DNA of 64,000 bases from the NCBI GenBank assembly GCA_002269645.1, contig NIVC01003562.1, positions 1 to 64,000 on the forward strand, in the 5' to 3' direction. Below are positions 14,110 through 27,639 of the stretch, one piece after another. The notes beneath the pieces were generated by a model, which saw only the letters and a program-made list of their open reading frames with translations, did no database searches and was not told where the DNA came from. Made by a program: the position numbers and the translations under genes. The DNA comes from Macrostomum lignano (lineage: Eukaryota). Position 1 is the stretch's first letter. Each line of letters opens with the position of its first letter.

Positions 14110-15842
14110 TCCATGAGAATCACTCCTAATCCGAATGTGAGAATCACTTCTAATCCGCATGTGAGAATCACTCCTAATCCGCCCATAAGAATCACTCCTA
14201 ATCCGTCCATGAGATTAAGTCCTAATCCACGATGAGAATCACTCCTAATCCGCCCATGAGAATCACTGCTAATACGCCCACGGTGGAGAATCACTCCTAT
14301 TCCGCCCATGAGAACCACTTCTAATCCCCCATGAGAATCCCTCCTAATCCAATATGAGAATCACTTCTAATCCGCCATATGAAAATCATTCCAAATCCCC
14401 CATGAGAATCACTCCTAATGCACCCATGACAATCACTCCTAATGCACCCATGACAATCACTTCTAATCCGCCATATGAAAATCATTCCAAATCCCCCATG
14501 ACAATCACTCCTAATCCACCAATGACAATCACTCCTAATCCACCATGAGAATCACTCCTAATCCATCAATAAGAATCACTCCTAATCCGCCATGAGAATC
14601 ACTCCTGATCCGTTCATGAGAATGACTCCTAATCCACCATGAGAATCACTCCTAATCCATCAATAAGAATCACTCCTAATCCGCCATGAGAATCACTCCT
14701 AATCCATCAATAAGAATCACTCCTAATCCATCAATAAGAATCACTCCTAATTCGCCATGAGAATCACTCCTGGTCCGCCCATGAGAATCACTCCTAATCC
14801 ACCATGAGAATCACTCCTAATCCATCAATAAGAATCACTCCTAATCCGCCATGAGAATCACTCCTGATCCGTTCATGAGAATGACTCCTAATCCACCATG
14901 AGAATCACTCCTAATCCATCAATAAGAATCACTCCTAATCCGCCATGAGAATCACTCCTAATCCATTAATAAGAATCACTCCTAATCCATCAATAAGAAT
15001 CACTCCTAATTCGCCATGAGAATCACTCCTGGTCCGCCCATGAGAATCACTCCTAATCCACCATGAGAATCACTCCTAATCCATCAATAAGAATCACTCC
15101 TAATCCGCCATGAGAATCACTCCTAATCCATCAATAAGAATCACTCCTAATCCATCAATAAGAATCACTCCTAATTCGCCATGAGAATCACTCCTAATGC
15201 ATCAATAAGAATCACTCCTAATCCATCAATAAGAATCACTCCTAATCCGCCATGAGAATCACTCCTGGTCCGCCCATGAGAATCACTCCTAATCCACCAT
15301 GAGAATCACTCCTAATCCATCAATAAGAATCACTCCTAATCCGCCATGAGAATCACTCCTAATCCATCAATAAGAATCACTCCTAATCCGCCATGAGAAT
15401 CACTCCTAATCCATCAATAAGAATCACTCCTAATCCATCAATAAGAATCACTCCTAATCCATCAATAAGAATCACTCCTAATTCGCCATGAGAATCACTC
15501 CTGGTCCGCCCATGAGAATCACTCCTAATCCACCATGAGAATCACTCCTAATCCATCAATAAGAATCACTCCTAATCCGCCATGAGAATCACTCCTAATC
15601 CGCCATGAGAATCACTCCTAATCCGCCATGAGAATCACTCCTAATCCGCCATGAGAATCACTCTTGATCCACCATTAGAATCACTCCTAATTCGCCTTGA
15701 GAATCACTCCTGGTCCGCCCATGAGAATCACTCCTAATGCGCCATTAGAATCGCTCCTAATCCGCCATGAGAATCGCTCCTAATCCACCATGAGAATCGC
15801 TCCTAATCCACCATGAGAATCGCTCCTAATCCGCCATGAGAA
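14110..15842. repeat. 23-24 bp minisatellite (atgagaatcactcctaatccgcc / aataagaatcactcctaatccatc)
   Basis: Tandem units with interspersed variants. Confidence 0.95.
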
Positions 15843-16294
15843 TGAAAAAGCGAAGGCTGAGCAGAGAATGAAATAGATAAATTCAATTTATACAGACAGA
15901 CTAATCCAAGGCCATAAAAGAGGCGAGCTGCACTTATAAGCAGAAAAGACTGCACTATACTTAAGCTTCAGGATAGATCTCCCAGTCCCAGACGCAGAGG
16001 GCAAACAAATTTAATCAAGGGAGATTGACTGATACGAAGAAAAGAGAGAGAAGGATCCCGTGGAAAGAGGCAGACAGGAAGCAGATAAGTCTGATTTTAT
16101 CTGAGTTAATGTGAATCAGTTTACTTATTATATGTATCTGAAGTGACTGTAAGATTGCTGACTGCAGTCATTAACTGAATTAATTCTGTTTTTGAGTAGA
16201 GTGGCTAGCTAGGACTACGAGTATTAGGGTGGCATAAAAAGGGAAATAAACAAATAATTTTAGCTGCATGAAGTCAGTGGAAGATCGAGGAAAG

Positions 16295-17809
16295 CAGGGG
16301 CGTCGCCATGGATTTTATGATGGGGGCGGGGGGCATAAAGCCAAGAATTCTACATGTACATAACTAAGTTCCCACATGCACATTATTTTGAGAATCGGCG
16401 TTGTCAGCACTCATTTTAGCGCCGCAGGCACTCATTTTAGCGTTGCAGGCACTCATTTCTCATTTTAGCGCCGCAGGCACTCATTTTAGCGTTGCAGGCA
16501 CTCATTTCTCATTTTAGCGCCGCAGGCACTCATTTTAGCGTTGCAGGCACTCATTTTAGCGCCGCAGGCACTCATTTTAGCACCGCAGGCGCTCATATTG
16601 GCGCCGCAGGCACTCATTTTAGCGCCGCAGGCACTCATTTTAGCGCCACAGGCACTCATTTTAGCGTTGCAGGCACTCATTTCTCATTTTAGCGCCGCAG
16701 GCACTCTTGGCGCCGCAGGCACTCATTTTAGCGCCGCAGGCACTCATTTTAGCGCCACAGGCACTCATTTTAGCGTTGCAGGCACTCATTTCTCATTTTA
16801 GCGCCGCAGGCACTCTTGGCGCCGCATGCACTCATTTTAGCACCGCAGGCACTCATGTTGGCGCCGCAGGCACTCATTTTAGCGCCGCAGGCACTCATTT
16901 TAGCGCCGCAGGCACTCATTTTAGCGTTGCAGGCACTCATTTCTCATTTTAGCGCCGCAGGCACTCATTTTAGCGCCGCAGGCACTCATTTTAGCACCGC
17001 AGGCACTCATATTGGCGCCGCAGGCACTCATTTTAGCGCCGCAGGCACTCATTTTAGCACCGCAGGCGCTCATATTGGCGCCGCAGGCACTCATTTTAGC
17101 GCCGCAGGCACTCATTTTAGCGCCACAGGCACTCATTTTAGCGTTGCAAGCACTCATTTCTCATTTTAGCGCCGCAGGCACTCTTGGCGCCGCAGGCACT
17201 CATTTTAACGCCGCAGGCACTCATTTTAGCGCCACAGGCACTCATTTTAGCGTTGCAGGCACTCATTTCTCATTTTAGCGCCGCAGGCACTCTTGGCGCC
17301 GCATGCACTCATTTTAGCACCGCAGGCACTCATATTGGCGCCGCAGGCACTCATTTTAGCGCCGCAGGCACTCATTTTAGCGCCGCAGGCACTCATTTTA
17401 GCGCCGCAGGCACTCATTTTAGCGTTGCAGGCACTCATTTCTCATTTTAGCGCCGCAGGCACTCATTTTAGCGCCGCAGGCACTCATTTTAGCGCCGCAG
17501 GCACTCATTTTAGCGCTGCAGGCACTCATATTGGCGCCGCAGGCACTTTTTTTAGCGCCGCAGGCATTCATTTTAGCGCCGCAGGCACTCATTTCGGCGC
17601 TGCAGACACTCATTTTGGCGCCGCAGGCACTTTTTTTAGCGCCGTAGGCACTAAGTTTTGTCGCCCTGAAGCAAACTTTGTGATTTCCATAACGGGTTAC
17701 AAGGTGGGGGTGGGGGGGACAAAGCATTGGAATGTCCCATTGTCCCCTCATAGCTTTTACTAGGGGGGACATGCCCCCCTGTCTGCCCCCCTCCCCGGCG
17801 ACGCCCATG
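16295..17809. mobile_element. Non-autonomous hAT-like element (MITE) carrying a 21 bp minisatellite
   Basis: TIRs caggggcgtcgcc (16295-16307) and ggcgacgcccatg (17797-17809). The 8 bp flanks gaggaaag / gatgaaag differ by one base. Subterminal G/C runs are present. Confidence 0.8.
16407..17650. repeat. 21 bp minisatellite (aggcactcattttagcgccgc), same family as 11242-12588
   Basis: Identical consensus unit, with higher-order variants (ctcatttctcatttt). Confidence 0.95.
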
Positions 17810-18496
17810 GATGAAAGGACAAAGGAACTCTTAATAAGCAAAGTACAAGTGAATTAACTTAAAAAACAAAGAGCTTACAAAAAAATAACTAATTAGCAAA
17901 TCATACACACACCAGATAAGGCCTATAGCGCCCATTGAAGTGAGCACACTTCAAACAACTTCCTATCTATAGAATGCAGTGCGTACTACACACACAAACA
18001 CACACGTAATACCATTAGCCTACAATATATAGGCTGCTTTACACTCCAGTGGTCAAGCGGAGGGGCCGGGGGAGGGCAAAACCCAGACAAAGATACCCCA
18101 CTGTATTATGTATAAATATATGGGGATTGGTTAGGAGGGAAAGAGCTTGAATAGGAAGGAATTGAGAGGCGAAGCCTACTAATGCTATATATAATTATAT
18201 ATGAGTAAATTGATTGATACACTCTGGATAACAGGCAATCAATCAAGTCACTGGGGGCCGGGTCTAGGCTTGGGCGCTAGCATATAGTTAAGTCGGCCCC
18301 TTTTTTTAGTAGGAAGCGGCTGTGAGCTAATTAGTGTATTAACCAACATTCCCCGATTCCGCCCCACCGAGAAGGAACTCTTCCTTTCCTTTCATCTGGT
18401 CCGCAGCCATGGGCCGACTACTGGATTAATAGGTTACCAGCGATTGGAACAGCTGGAATCTCGCCCAGAACATCTCCTTTCTGAAGGATCTTCGAT

Positions 18497-18805
18497 AGCT
18501 TGTAGCCTAGTGGCTAAGAGCCTCGGACTCACGACTGAAAGGTCGGGGGTTCGATTCTCGACCCACTCGGAGTAACTTGTGTTCTTGGGCACTTTACAGT
18601 TAAGTCTGCATTGCTTCAGTTAACCCAGCTGTAAAATGGGTGCCAGCATTAGCTGGGGTAATTCGAGGCTGTGTGTGGCGACCCCCCACCCAGTCCTTGG
18701 ACTGAACAGCCGTACGCAGCCTTCAAATGCGCCACGCAATTGCTGCGGCTGAGCTGTCGGTTGCACATCTGGCTCAATTGAGGCAGGTGTAATCAATTAT
18801 TATTT
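18497..18805 (+). mobile_element. tRNA-derived SINE with CORE-like central domain, copy 1
   Basis: A box tagcctagtgg, B box gttcgattc, central cagctgtaaaatggg, AT-rich tail; a closely related copy lies at 56411-56716. Confidence 0.8.
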
Positions 18806-19944
18806 AGTCTCATAAATATGTGAATCGCACGACGCACGGTGCAATGATAAAATTTTCCGCAAAAGTAACCCAAAATGGGGACTAAAAAACTTGTCTAAAA
18901 ACACGAGAAAGTATGAATTCAATGCAACAGCAGCAAAGCGGTTGAGATAAAACTGTGAAAGAATACAATAAAATTAGTATATTTCTTAATTTTTTTACTA
19001 ATCAGATAAAGTACGCGGCACAGTGATGGCAGACAAGAGGTTAAGGCTTTATTATAGTGTTTTTTTCCAAGCAAAAAAACGCAAAAGCAACGCACAGATG
19101 AAAGCAAAAGCAAAATAATAGTTTATTAATAAGTAACCAACAGCAGAGAAGCATTAAACTGAATGAGCAGGCATCAATTCTAAACAATAAGTACAAAAAA
19201 CTACATGTTATAAGTAAAACTCTTATCATAACCAGTAACAGTTTGAAACTAAACAGAACTGGAGATTTTAGTTTTGTTAAAATTCCCTCGTCATTTCCTT
19301 AAAAAGAGAGTTGAGTCTTGCGAATTATGGAAGCCGCGCAATTTTGAGTAGCGTCAATAAATACTATTAGTTTCCAAGGCGAGGGGGTGAAGCAAATATA
19401 TAACATAGTCAGTAATAGAATAAAAGTACAACAAAGTTAAACAAACAATAAAGGCTAGAGTTTCCTATGGGGTGGTGGGTTATTATTCGTAAAAAGCGCT
19501 TGTACCAATGTACAAAAAGCATAATTACAGTTAATAATATTTATAAAAACACAAAATATACAAAAAACTGTTTAGCTGACATACAATAACTGTGTATAAC
19601 TAAATCTATAAACTGTAATTTTATACACAACTTTTAAAATGAACAAAATAACAAAATAATAGAAAACGTTATTAAAACATTTTTTGAGAAATATAAAAAA
19701 TTTACAAGCTCGAAGTTACCAACAGTAACCAACGGTAGACACGACCCGACCGCAAGCAGTATTTAGGCCTGCTCATAGCTAATCTTACTGGTTAGTTACT
19801 GTAAAGTCTACTTAAACTCGAATTCATTGAATTCAACAATAAACGTTAGTCAAAAACGAGGTCAGGTCACACAGTTATGTATGAGAAGCTTTGAGAATCA
19901 GTGTAATATGCAAAACGCGATTGGTCTAATTGAGTACAGCAGTT

Positions 19945-21412
19945 TGATCTAATTAGTCACCTGATGGATCTAATTGGTCACACCTGATAGATCTAACTAG
20001 TCACACATGATAGATCTAATTATCCACACCTGATAGATCTAATTAGTCACACCTGATAGATCTGATTAGTCACACCTGATAGATCTGATTAGTCACACCT
20101 GATAGATCTAATTAGCCACACCTGATAGATCTGATTAGTCACACCTGATAGATCTAATTAGTCACACATGATAGATCTAATTATCCACACCTGATAGATC
20201 TAATTAGTCACACCTGATAGATCTAATTAGTCACACCTGATAGATCTAATTAGTCACACCTGATAGATCTAATTAGTCACACCCGATAGATCTAATTAGT
20301 CACACCTGATAGATCTAATTAGTCACACCTGATAGATCTAATTAGTCACACCTAATAGATCTGATTTGTCACACCTGATAGATCTAATTAGTCACACCTG
20401 ATAGATCTAATTAGTCAAAACTGATAGATCTAATTATCCACACCTGATAGATCTAATTAGTCACACCTAATAGATCTAATTAGTCACACCTGATAGATCT
20501 GATTAGTCACCTGATAGATCTGATTTGTCACACCTGATAAATCAAATTAGTCACACCTGATAGATCTAATTAGTCACACCTGATAGATCTAATTAGTCAC
20601 ACCTAATAGATCTGATTAGTCACACCTGATAGATCTAATTAGTCACACCTGATAGATCTAATTAGTCAAAACTGATAGATCTAATTATCCACACCTGATA
20701 GATCTAATTAGTCACACCTAATAGATCTAATTAGTCACACCTGATAGACCTGATTAGTCACCTGATAGATCTGATTTGTCACACCTGATAAATCAAATTA
20801 GTCACACCTGATAGATCTAATTAGTCACACCTGATAGATCTAATTAGTCACACCTGATAGATCTAATTAGTCAAAACTGATAGATCTAATTAGTCACACC
20901 TAATAGATCAAATTAGTCACACCTGATAGATCTAATTAGTCACACCTGATAGATCTAATTAGTCACACCTGATAAATCAAATTAGTCACACCTGATAGAT
21001 CAAATTAGTGACACCTGATAGATCAAATTAGTCACACCTGATAGATCTAATTAGTCACACCTAATAGATCTGATTTGTCACACCTGATAAATCAAATTAG
21101 TCACACCTGATAGATCTAATTAGTCACACCTGATATAGATCTAATTATCCACATCTGATAGATCTAATTATCCACACCTGATAGATCTAATTAGTGACAC
21201 CTGATAGATCAAATTAGTCACACATGATAGATCTAATTATCCACACCTGATAGATCTGATTAGTCACTTGATAGATCTAATTAGTCACACCTGATAGATC
21301 TAATTAGTCACACCTGATAGATCTAATTAGTCACACCTGATAGATCTAATTAGTCACACCTGATAGATCTAATTAGTCACACCTGATGGATCTGATTAGT
21401 CACACCTGATAG
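19945..21412. repeat. 23 bp minisatellite (gatagatctaattagtcacacct) just 3' of Frizzled
   Basis: Tandem 23 bp period, roughly 60 copies. Confidence 0.95.
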
Positions 21413-21560
21413 ACTATATCATACATGACGCATAATAACTACGAAGGTCTGAAACTCAGAATTCCAGCTTCAGTTTCTAAGTAAAATAGACGGTAAAAAT
21501 GAAGCAAAAGTTTACTGACAGACTAGATTAGGACAATAATCAGATCAATCAATCAATGTA

Positions 21561-24500
21561 TCAAATAATGATCCTCTGCTCTTCATTGCTGAAATAAGCT
21601 AGCCGGGAAGCATTATTCGGATGCTGTTGCAATTGCTGTTGCTGCTGCTGCTGAAGCAAACTCTGAGCCTGAGGAGCCAGCATAGGATGCCGGAAATCCG
21701 GAACTGGATCTACAACAGGCTGACTGACTCCGTTAGCAACAGTCGCGCCATTGTTACTATTAGCTGTCTGCCTTGGCGGCGACAAGCGGCACTGCAGCAG
21801 GCGGTACCAAGCCTTCATAGTCTTATTACTCCACACCCACAGAGAGAATGATATGCCAATAATCTGGGAGGTCAGATATTTCAGCATGATAAACTCGAAC
21901 CTAGGCTCGCTATTAGAAGCTGCAGCAAGTTGGCTAGCCAGTTCAACAGAGGCTGGATCTGAGGCAAGCTGTTCCACAGCAAGCTTTTCGGCCACTTCGC
22001 GCTGTTGGTTAGCTAAGGCTACATAGTCCCTGGCGCTGCCCCCAGCGGCCATGGCGGCAGCTGCTTTGGCGACCTTCGCCGCCGCCTCGGCCGGGCAAGT
22101 GATGCCATATTCTGTGCAGATTCTCTGCCACCAGCCAATCATCCAGTTAGGCATTTCGGCGGCTTCGTATGTCCAAATGCCCAGAGTGACGAACGCCGGC
22201 ACAATGTAGAGCGCGCCTAAGAATCCAATTCGCATGATCAACTTCTCGAATTTCTCAGTTCGACCGCCGCTTTGACTTTTCACGAATCGGCGAATTTTGA
22301 TTAGCGACGCAAAACCAATTAGAAGGAAGACGACTCCCAGTAGAAGGAAGATCGAGTTCGGTATAATTACAAAGCCGAGCAGGATGTCCCGGTTGGTGAT
22401 GCCAGTGAAACAGATGCCTGCATTGGGGGTGACAAAGTGCGCTGACGTCAATTGTCTTCTAGGGGCGATTCTACAGGTGGATTCTAGGGGCGATTCTAGA
22501 GGCGATTCTACAGGTGGATTCTAGGGGCGATTCTACAGGGGATTCTAGGGGCGATTCTACAGGGGATTCTAGAGGCGATTCTACAGGTGGATCGAGGGGT
22601 GATTCTACAGGGGATTCTAGGGGCGATTCTACATTTGGATTCTAGGGGCGATTCTACATTTGGATTCTAGGGGCGATTCTACATTTGGATTCTAGGGGCG
22701 ATTCTAGAGGCGATTCTACAGGTGGCTTCTAGGGGCGATTCTACAGGTGGATTCTGAGGCGATCCTACAGGATTCTAGGGGCGATACTACAGGGGATTCT
22801 AGGGGTGATTCTACAACGGATGCTAGGGGCGATTCTACAGGTGGATTCTGGGGGCGATTCTACAGGTGGATCGAGGGGCGATTCTACAGGTGGATTCTAG
22901 AGGCGATTCTACAGGTGGATCGAGGGGCGATTCTACAGGGGATTCTAGAGGCGATTCTACAGGTGGATCGAGGGGCGATTCTACAGGTGGATCGAGGGGC
23001 GATTCTACAGGGGATTCTAGAGGCGATTCTACAGGTGGATCGAGGGGCGATTCTACAGGTGGATTCTGGGGGCGATTCTACAGGTGGATCGAGGGGCGAT
23101 TCTACAGGTGGATTCTAGAGGCGATTCTACAGGTGGATCGAGGGGTGATTCTACAGGGGATTCTAGGGGCGATTCTACATTTGGATTCTAGGGGCGATTC
23201 TACATTTGGATTCTAGGGGCGATTCTACATTTGGATTCTAGGGGCGATTCTAGAGGCGATTCTACAGGTGGCTTCTAGGGGCGATTCTACAGGTGGATTC
23301 TGAGGCGATCCTACAGGATTCTAGGGGCGATACTACAGGGGATTCTAGGGGTGATTCTACAAGGGATGCTAGGGGCGATTCTACAGGTGGATTTTAGGGG
23401 CGAAACTACGGGTGGATTCTAGGGGCGATTCTACAACGGATGCTAGGGGCGATTCTACAGGGGGATTCTGGGGGCGATTCTACAACGGATGCTAGGGGCG
23501 ATTCTACACGTGGATTCTAGGGGCGATTCTACAGGTGGATTCTAGGGGCGATTCTACAGGTGGATTCTAGGGGTGATTCTACAACGGATGCTAGGGGCGA
23601 TTCTACAGGTGGATTCTAGGGGCGATTCTACAGGTGGATTCTAGGGGCGATTCTACAGGTGGATTCTAGGGGTGATTCTACAACGGATGCTAGGGGCGAT
23701 TCTACAGGTGGATTCTAGGGGCGATTCTACAGGTGGATTCTAGGGGCGATTCTACAGGTGGATTCTAGGGGTGATTCTACAACGGATGCTAGGGGCGATT
23801 TACAGGTGGATTCTAAATAACTGAGAGCGACTAAAGTAAAGGAAAGTCTACAGCCATTGAAACGTAAAACAATTTATTGAATTGCAGCCCTCTCTCACCA
23901 GTGAGACTGTCGGCCTCAACTTCGCCCAAAATGAGCAGAGTAATAGTCATTGCGGCCGGCACAGCCCAGGCCAGAAAGTGAAAATAGTGAGCCAAATTAG
24001 AGATTGACTCTTGAGCCCACTGAAATGAGCTGGCTAGCAACCAGGTAAATGTGAGTATTAGCCACCAAAGCGAACTGGCCATCATAAAGAAATACTCGAC
24101 CATAAACAGTATAGCGCACGGCGTGTTCTGATTGGTTCCGCGAACCAGTACACGAGTAGCATTAGGATTATTGGGATTGGTTGCGCAGCTGACGCTATCA
24201 CCAAGGCCATAGCCAGTAATGTACACAGCTGACATCATACAGTAGCACATGATTATGTACACAAACGGTCGCTCGGGATACTGGAATCTGGTCTGGTCTA
24301 ACAGGAAGGTGATCACGGACAGCAAGGTGAAGAGGAAGCAGACAACCGCCCAAACCAGAACCCAATGACGCGCGAATCTCCTCTGCTCCTGACTGGCAAA
24401 AAATGTAGTGTTGCAAGGCAGGCTGCAGCTAACTTCGCTTCTGCCAATTTTAATTGGATTTGATTTCAACCTGCCAGGCTGCAGTATGTCGGGACACTTG

Positions 24501-27500
24501 AAGGTTAGCAATGACTTTTCCGCAGGCTGGCTGTCTCGCTGGTTATCAGTCGAGTTATCATTGATGCACAGTTTGTTCTCGCTGTGGTATTGGAATTGGT
24601 CGCAGCGGAGATTCTCGGCCCACTAGATGTGAGAATTGTGTTTATAATGGGGTTGTTATAAAGTGCATTCAATGCGATTCTGAGTGGTGACACATTAACA
24701 TAAAGAGGTCATTTGTAAGCAAGAAATTTCTGACTTATATGTAACCTTTCAGGGTCTAGCTGGCTCTATGCCCTATGTGGGCAATGAAACATAGGATACA
24801 ATTGTAATATGCCACATCACTATACTATGAAAATTCTGGCACAAATAATATTTTGAAGGTTTAAATTCATGCCCTTTTGTTAAGAATCACAACCTTCTGA
24901 TTGCAGAAAATTAGAGTTTTTTTGTCAACTTTTCATTTTAATTTATGTTCACATTTTTTCCTGTACATAAAAATCATAAAAATGCATGACATAGCTCAAC
25001 TCTTTGATTTTATGAATCTGTTTTATATCTGATACAAATAGTGATACACAGTTAGCTAAGAATGACTAAATATACAACCAATGAGTTAAGCTGTGTTATT
25101 TTAAAGATTTTTTAGACACAGATAACAATAATTGTATGTAGAATAAATAATAATCATAACATCCTAACTTTTTCAACAGGGGGGCCGTAGCCCAGCGGTA
25201 GCGCAGCTGCTCTGGTGTGCCAGCAACCCAGGCTCGATTCCAAGTGCAGTCACATTAATTTGGGGCTGAATTGGAATCTCGGCTTGGCTCTGCTCGTGCA
25301 ATTAACGGCCTTGAGAGCCAACCCCCCAAGGCCCAGTGAAGTGTACATGCCTAACGATAATATAAAGTTAGGGCCGCTGTACACTCCTGTGAGTGTGTGC
25401 CTGCGTACGTATCTGCGCACTTGTAATGCCTCTCGCCAGTTGTGTGCCTATGTCGCTTAAAGTGTGCCAGGGTGCACACAACCCCCCTGCCTCTAATAAA
25501 AAAACTGTTTCAACAAAAGGCTATATTAATATATATAGAACTATAAGGCACAACATATCAAAAGATGAAAGATTGGGTCAGCCTACTACGAGGGGTGTCC
25601 TAGAAGTAGTCACTTTTGCTTGCTTCCATAAGCATTAATGTGTGTTAAAAAAATCATCTGCCTTAAAAGTTAGCGGCTTATTTTAGCTTTTATGCCACAA
25701 AAGTCTGATTTTTATAAGTGCTTCTTGCTATAAGCAGCATGCATTTGTTCACATACCCTTAGCCATAGAAATACACACTGCAAAGTGCTTTTATGCTCAC
25801 TCAGAAGAAAGCCACAAGTATAGCTGATCAAGCACAGAGTTGCAAGACAACAGTTTGAGGCTGGCTAGCAGTATTTTTTGCCAACTTACCCAAAGGTGGT
25901 TGGCCTTTGATACCTAAAGCCAGACTAGAACTGTTCGATCCACCTGTAAACCATTTGTTGACTGATGGCATTGGGACCATGAATGCGGGTCAAGTTTTTG
26001 TGAATTTCAGGGCATCTCTGACCAAGACTTTAAAGTGTAAAATTTGTGTCTCCGCCCTTCTGTAGAGTGAATATTAGGGTCCATGACTGGAACAAATCTT
26101 GCAGCTGCTGTCTTGCAACTCTGTGCTTGATCAGCTCTACTTGTGGCTTTCTTCTGAGTGAGCATAGAAGCACTATGCGGTGTGTATTTCTATGGCTAAG
26201 GGTATGCAAACAAATGCATGCTACTTATAGCACTTACAGCACTTATAAAAATCAGACTTTTGTGGCATGAAAGCTAAAATAAGCCACTAACTTTTAGGGT
26301 AGATTAAAAACAATACCAAATTTATTATGAGAAAACTGAAAAGTGTTTTTTATAGTGTATTATTTAGTGTATTATTTAGAAAAAATGATAGAATACTTGA
26401 TCATAGCAAAGTTTATGGCCAAAGTTATACTTGTAACCTAGGGGTCTTTATTTTATTTTATTTTATATCTTAGATTTTTGGCACTTTTTAAAAATTGATT
26501 TAATCAAGATTCCACCAAGAAAAAAGTCAAAATCTTAAATATTAATTGCAAGATCAAGATCTTGTCCAAACTCTAGAATAGGCCTATAATAATATTTATG
26601 CAGCATTAGCTCCATAATCCAGTTTGTTATAGTTACACTAAGAATCTCTGGCATAATTCTAGACAAACATTAGCCTTGGTATAAGAATTGATAGAAAAAT
26701 AGAAATGGCTAGTATAAAAACAACTACAGATGATCTTTTGGTATGTCTATCCCCATCATCTATCACTATCTTCTATCACTAATAGAAGATATAAGATAGG
26801 AGCAGCTATTGTATTAGTGTGCCATGCGAATAAATAGAAAATTATTCCTATGCAGTAGCGCAACCAGAAATTTTTCAAGGGGGGGGGGGCGGATTCTGAG
26901 GGTAAAGTCCCGGGAGGGGGGGGCGGCGGAGGGGTGGCTCTGTTTTTGGCGAAAATTCGCTTGGTCCCCCCTTTGATTTTTTTTTTTGGTCCCCCGCCTA
27001 AGGGGGGGCGACCGCCCCCCGCCCCCCCCCTGGTTGCGCCACTGTTCTTATGCTATGGTATCATTGGAATAAAATAGGTCTAGAAATTATTCCTACTTCT
27101 ACATTACTGTGGGGATAAGCACTGCCTTACAAATATTCTATTATATAGAAATAAACAATTGTATTTAATTCAATAGTTATACTAAATTCTAATATAGTAA
27201 TAAAAATGACTATAATACAAATTATAATATAATAACTTACCCCAAAGTTGAATCTCAACATTACTGGTTCACATTTTCTTCTATTTTCTTCACAAAGAGA
27301 TCGACAAGGCTTTAAATGAGCACGAAGCACATTGCAGACAGGGAAATAAAGCACACAAAGAAATAGCTTCAGTGTTGAACTGCACTTTACATTAATAAGT
27401 GCTTTGTAACTTTCAATTTCTCTGTCAGCATCTTCTTGAGTTTGATGACCCAGAATATTTGGAAAGTTGGTTCGATTGTAAGGCAGATCAGTGCAGACTT

Positions 27501-27639
27501 TTGACTGTAAAACCATGCATTCCTGTTTCTGATCATATCTTCCATCTGATTCTAGGCTGGAGACCACTGAATTCGCTGAACAAGAGAAACACAAGCAAAG
27601 AGCATAAGCTAAGTAAAAAATTAACTTCGGTGGAGCCAT
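21561..27639 (-). CDS. fzd: Frizzled-class Wnt receptor, 659 aa; exons 27639-27241, 24622-23899, 22417-21561
   Basis: Signal peptide; CRD (CTDLPYNRTNFPNILGHQTQEDA...FLCVLYFPVC...PCRSLCE...FNFG|WAENLRCDQF); 7TM (RFQYPERP, MASSLWWLIL, EADSLTG|ICFTG, EKLIMRIG); KTxxxW motif as KTMKAW. GT-AG junctions with matching phases total 1980 nt. Subfamily not assigned. Confidence 0.96.
22457..23815. repeat. ~25 bp minisatellite (ggattctaggggcgattctacaggt) filling Frizzled intron 2
   Basis: Occupies nearly all of intron 22418-23898. Confidence 0.95.
25180..25490 (+). mobile_element. Second tRNA-derived SINE-like family, in Frizzled intron 1
   Basis: The head ggggccgtagcccagcggtagcgc...ggctcgattcc has A and B boxes but no canonical cloverleaf or CCA, and is followed by about 250 bp of unrelated body. 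Only one copy is in the window. Confidence 0.55.
25656..26304. mobile_element. Foldback MITE with ~200 bp imperfect terminal inverted repeats
   Basis: About 25656-25853 is the reverse complement of about 26103-26304 (e.g. gccacaaaagtctgatttttataagtgc / gcacttataaaaatcagacttttgtggc). No clear TSD. Confidence 0.8.
26853..27044. mobile_element. 192 bp hAT-like MITE in Frizzled intron 1
   Basis: TIRs cagtagcgcaaccag / ctggttgcgccactg; 8 bp TSD ttcctatg / ttcttatg (one mismatch). Confidence 0.85.

Noticed and set aside
18497-25260. tRNA genes at about 18500 and 25180 (also 56411)
   Set aside because: A and B boxes are present, but the acceptor and anticodon stems do not pair properly and each continues into a SINE-like body.
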